IMG/VR virus record: IMGVR_UViG_3300049169_000038
Span: 1 to 27,164 of that record
Origin: a virus
Taxonomy: Duplodnaviria; Caudoviricetes
Length of the DNA stretch: 27,164 nucleotides
Strand: one strand, 5' to 3'
Made by a program: the position numbers and the translations under genes. The notes under the pieces are model-generated. The model searched no databases. It was not told the DNA's origin and worked only from the letters and a program-made list of their open reading frames with translations. Positions 26,160 through 27,164 of the stretch are shown one piece after another (the first letter of the stretch is position 1; each line of letters opens with the position of its first letter).

Positions 26160-26534
26160 ATGGTCGCCCGCCGAGCCCTGCAGGTCTGCCCCACCCCAGG
26201 CTGCTCCACGCTCACCCCCAGCGGACGCTGCGAGGGCTGCCAGCGCACCGCCAGCAGTCAACGCCCCAGCGCAGCCTCCAAGGGCTACGACACCCGCTGG
26301 GCCCGCACACGAGCCGAGTACCTGCGCGCGCACCCCTACTGCGAGTGCGACGAGTGCGAGGCGCTTCCTCCCCTACTCAGGCCCAGGGCTACCGAGGTCA
26401 ACCACCGCGACGGGCTCGGACCTCTCGGACCTCGTGGACACGACTGGGCGAACCTGCAGGCCATGACCAAGGCCCACCACTCACGCGAAACCGCGAAGCA
26501 CCAGCCCGGAGGCTGGAACGACCGCCAGTACTGA
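26160..26534 (+). CDS. Phage HNH endonuclease of the terminase-associated type (HK97 gp74-like)
   Basis: CPTPGC...RC..C, RPSA..KGYDTRW..TR..YL..HPYC, ATEVNH, DWANLQAM...HHSRET; RBS AGGAG. Confidence 0.82.
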   Translation: MVARRALQVCPTPGCSTLTPSGRCEGCQRTASSQRPSAASKGYDTRWARTRAEYLRAHPYCECDECEALPPLLRPRATEVNHRDGLGPLGPRGHDWANLQAMTKAHHSRETAKHQPGGWNDRQY

Positions 26535-26577
26535 TGAAGGCCCAACGCCTAGACGCACCATCGGGCAGCATGCCTCC

Positions 26578-27105
26578 ATGGCCGACTGCACCGCCTGGAG
26601 AAGGCGCTCCGCACGCCACATCACGCTGGCTCTCGCTCTGATCGCCGTCCTGACGACGGCTTCAGCGTGCGCCAGCACGCTAGAAGGTACACAAAAGCCG
26701 CTCAGCCGTACTGCAACGACGAAAGCGGATGATGTCAAGAGGTTCACTCTGCGCATCCCACAGCACGATCACATGGGCAAGGTCAGCTACACCAACCTCC
26801 ACGTGACGCTGGAATGCACCCCTTCGCATCAGGTGCAGGTCACTCTGTACACGAAGGGCGCAAGGGACGACCTGCTCTTGACCGTAACCTCCGAACCACA
26901 CGGCCTCCCCGTCCAGGGCTGGCACCAAGTACGAGTGGACATGAGTCGAACCGATCTCTGGCGCCGTACCACCGCGCGGATTTGCCCCAACGGCCTGAGA
27001 CATGGTGTCAGCATCGAAGTGATGTCCCTCAAACAGCGAGAGCAGTACGGCATCAGACAACAGAGCGGCTCGAAAGGCACCGAGGTCAGTCACGCTCAGT
27101 CGTAG
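26578..27105 (+). CDS. Hypothetical exported protein or lipoprotein, AT-richer cargo
   Basis: RRRSARH followed by hydrophobic ITLALALIAVLTTASAC; codon usage differs from the neighbours; start uncertain. Confidence 0.5.
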   Translation: MADCTAWRRRSARHITLALALIAVLTTASACASTLEGTQKPLSRTATTKADDVKRFTLRIPQHDHMGKVSYTNLHVTLECTPSHQVQVTLYTKGARDDLLLTVTSEPHGLPVQGWHQVRVDMSRTDLWRRTTARICPNGLRHGVSIEVMSLKQREQYGIRQQSGSKGTEVSHAQS

Positions 27106-27164
27106 CAGGGGTGGGGGGTGACCCCTTCCGAGTAGGGGTTCCGGAACGCCGGGGAGGGCTCTGG

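Larger units (their letters stand above)
7295..27164. mobile_element. tRNA-integrated element: prophage-like backbone with an AICE-type TraB transfer module; right end outside the window
   Basis: Integrase converges on the tRNA 3' end, followed by about 35 tightly coupled phage/AICE-type genes. No second copy of the tRNA 3' end (attR) was seen. Confidence 0.9.

Noticed and set aside
25224-26534. 436-aa ORF as a large HNH fusion
   Set aside because: The upstream part overlaps two better genes; the HNH gene has its own RBS and ATG at 26160.
7260-27164. attR copy of the tRNA 3' end
   Set aside because: No second GAGTCCCACCCGCCCCA was seen, so the att core and element size cannot be defined.

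Overview
High-GC actinobacterial window, very probably Streptomyces. Bases 1-7294 are ordinary chromosome: the 3' part of an HrdA-like sigma-70 gene, a heterodimeric ABC exporter, an FGGY sugar kinase, a small membrane protein, two tRNA-Asn(GTT) and a CAT-anticodon tRNA. From about 7295 to the window end lies an integrated element whose right end is not visible. It carries a tyrosine integrase, a divergent regulatory switch, Xis-like and antirepressor-like genes, and a phage-type theta replication module (initiator with internal iterons, DnaC-like loader, DnaB). Next come a nucleoside-deoxyribosyltransferase-like/DUF559 nuclease fusion and an AICE-type transfer module (GGDEF protein, Spd-like membrane proteins, TraB/FtsK translocase) with two distinct DNA motif clusters (GTAC and CTAG). 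It ends with a PASTA lipoprotein, a terminase-associated-type HNH nuclease and a G-rich cos-like stretch. The main observation is this prophage/AICE hybrid layout. All family assignments were made by eye from motifs; no database searches were run.
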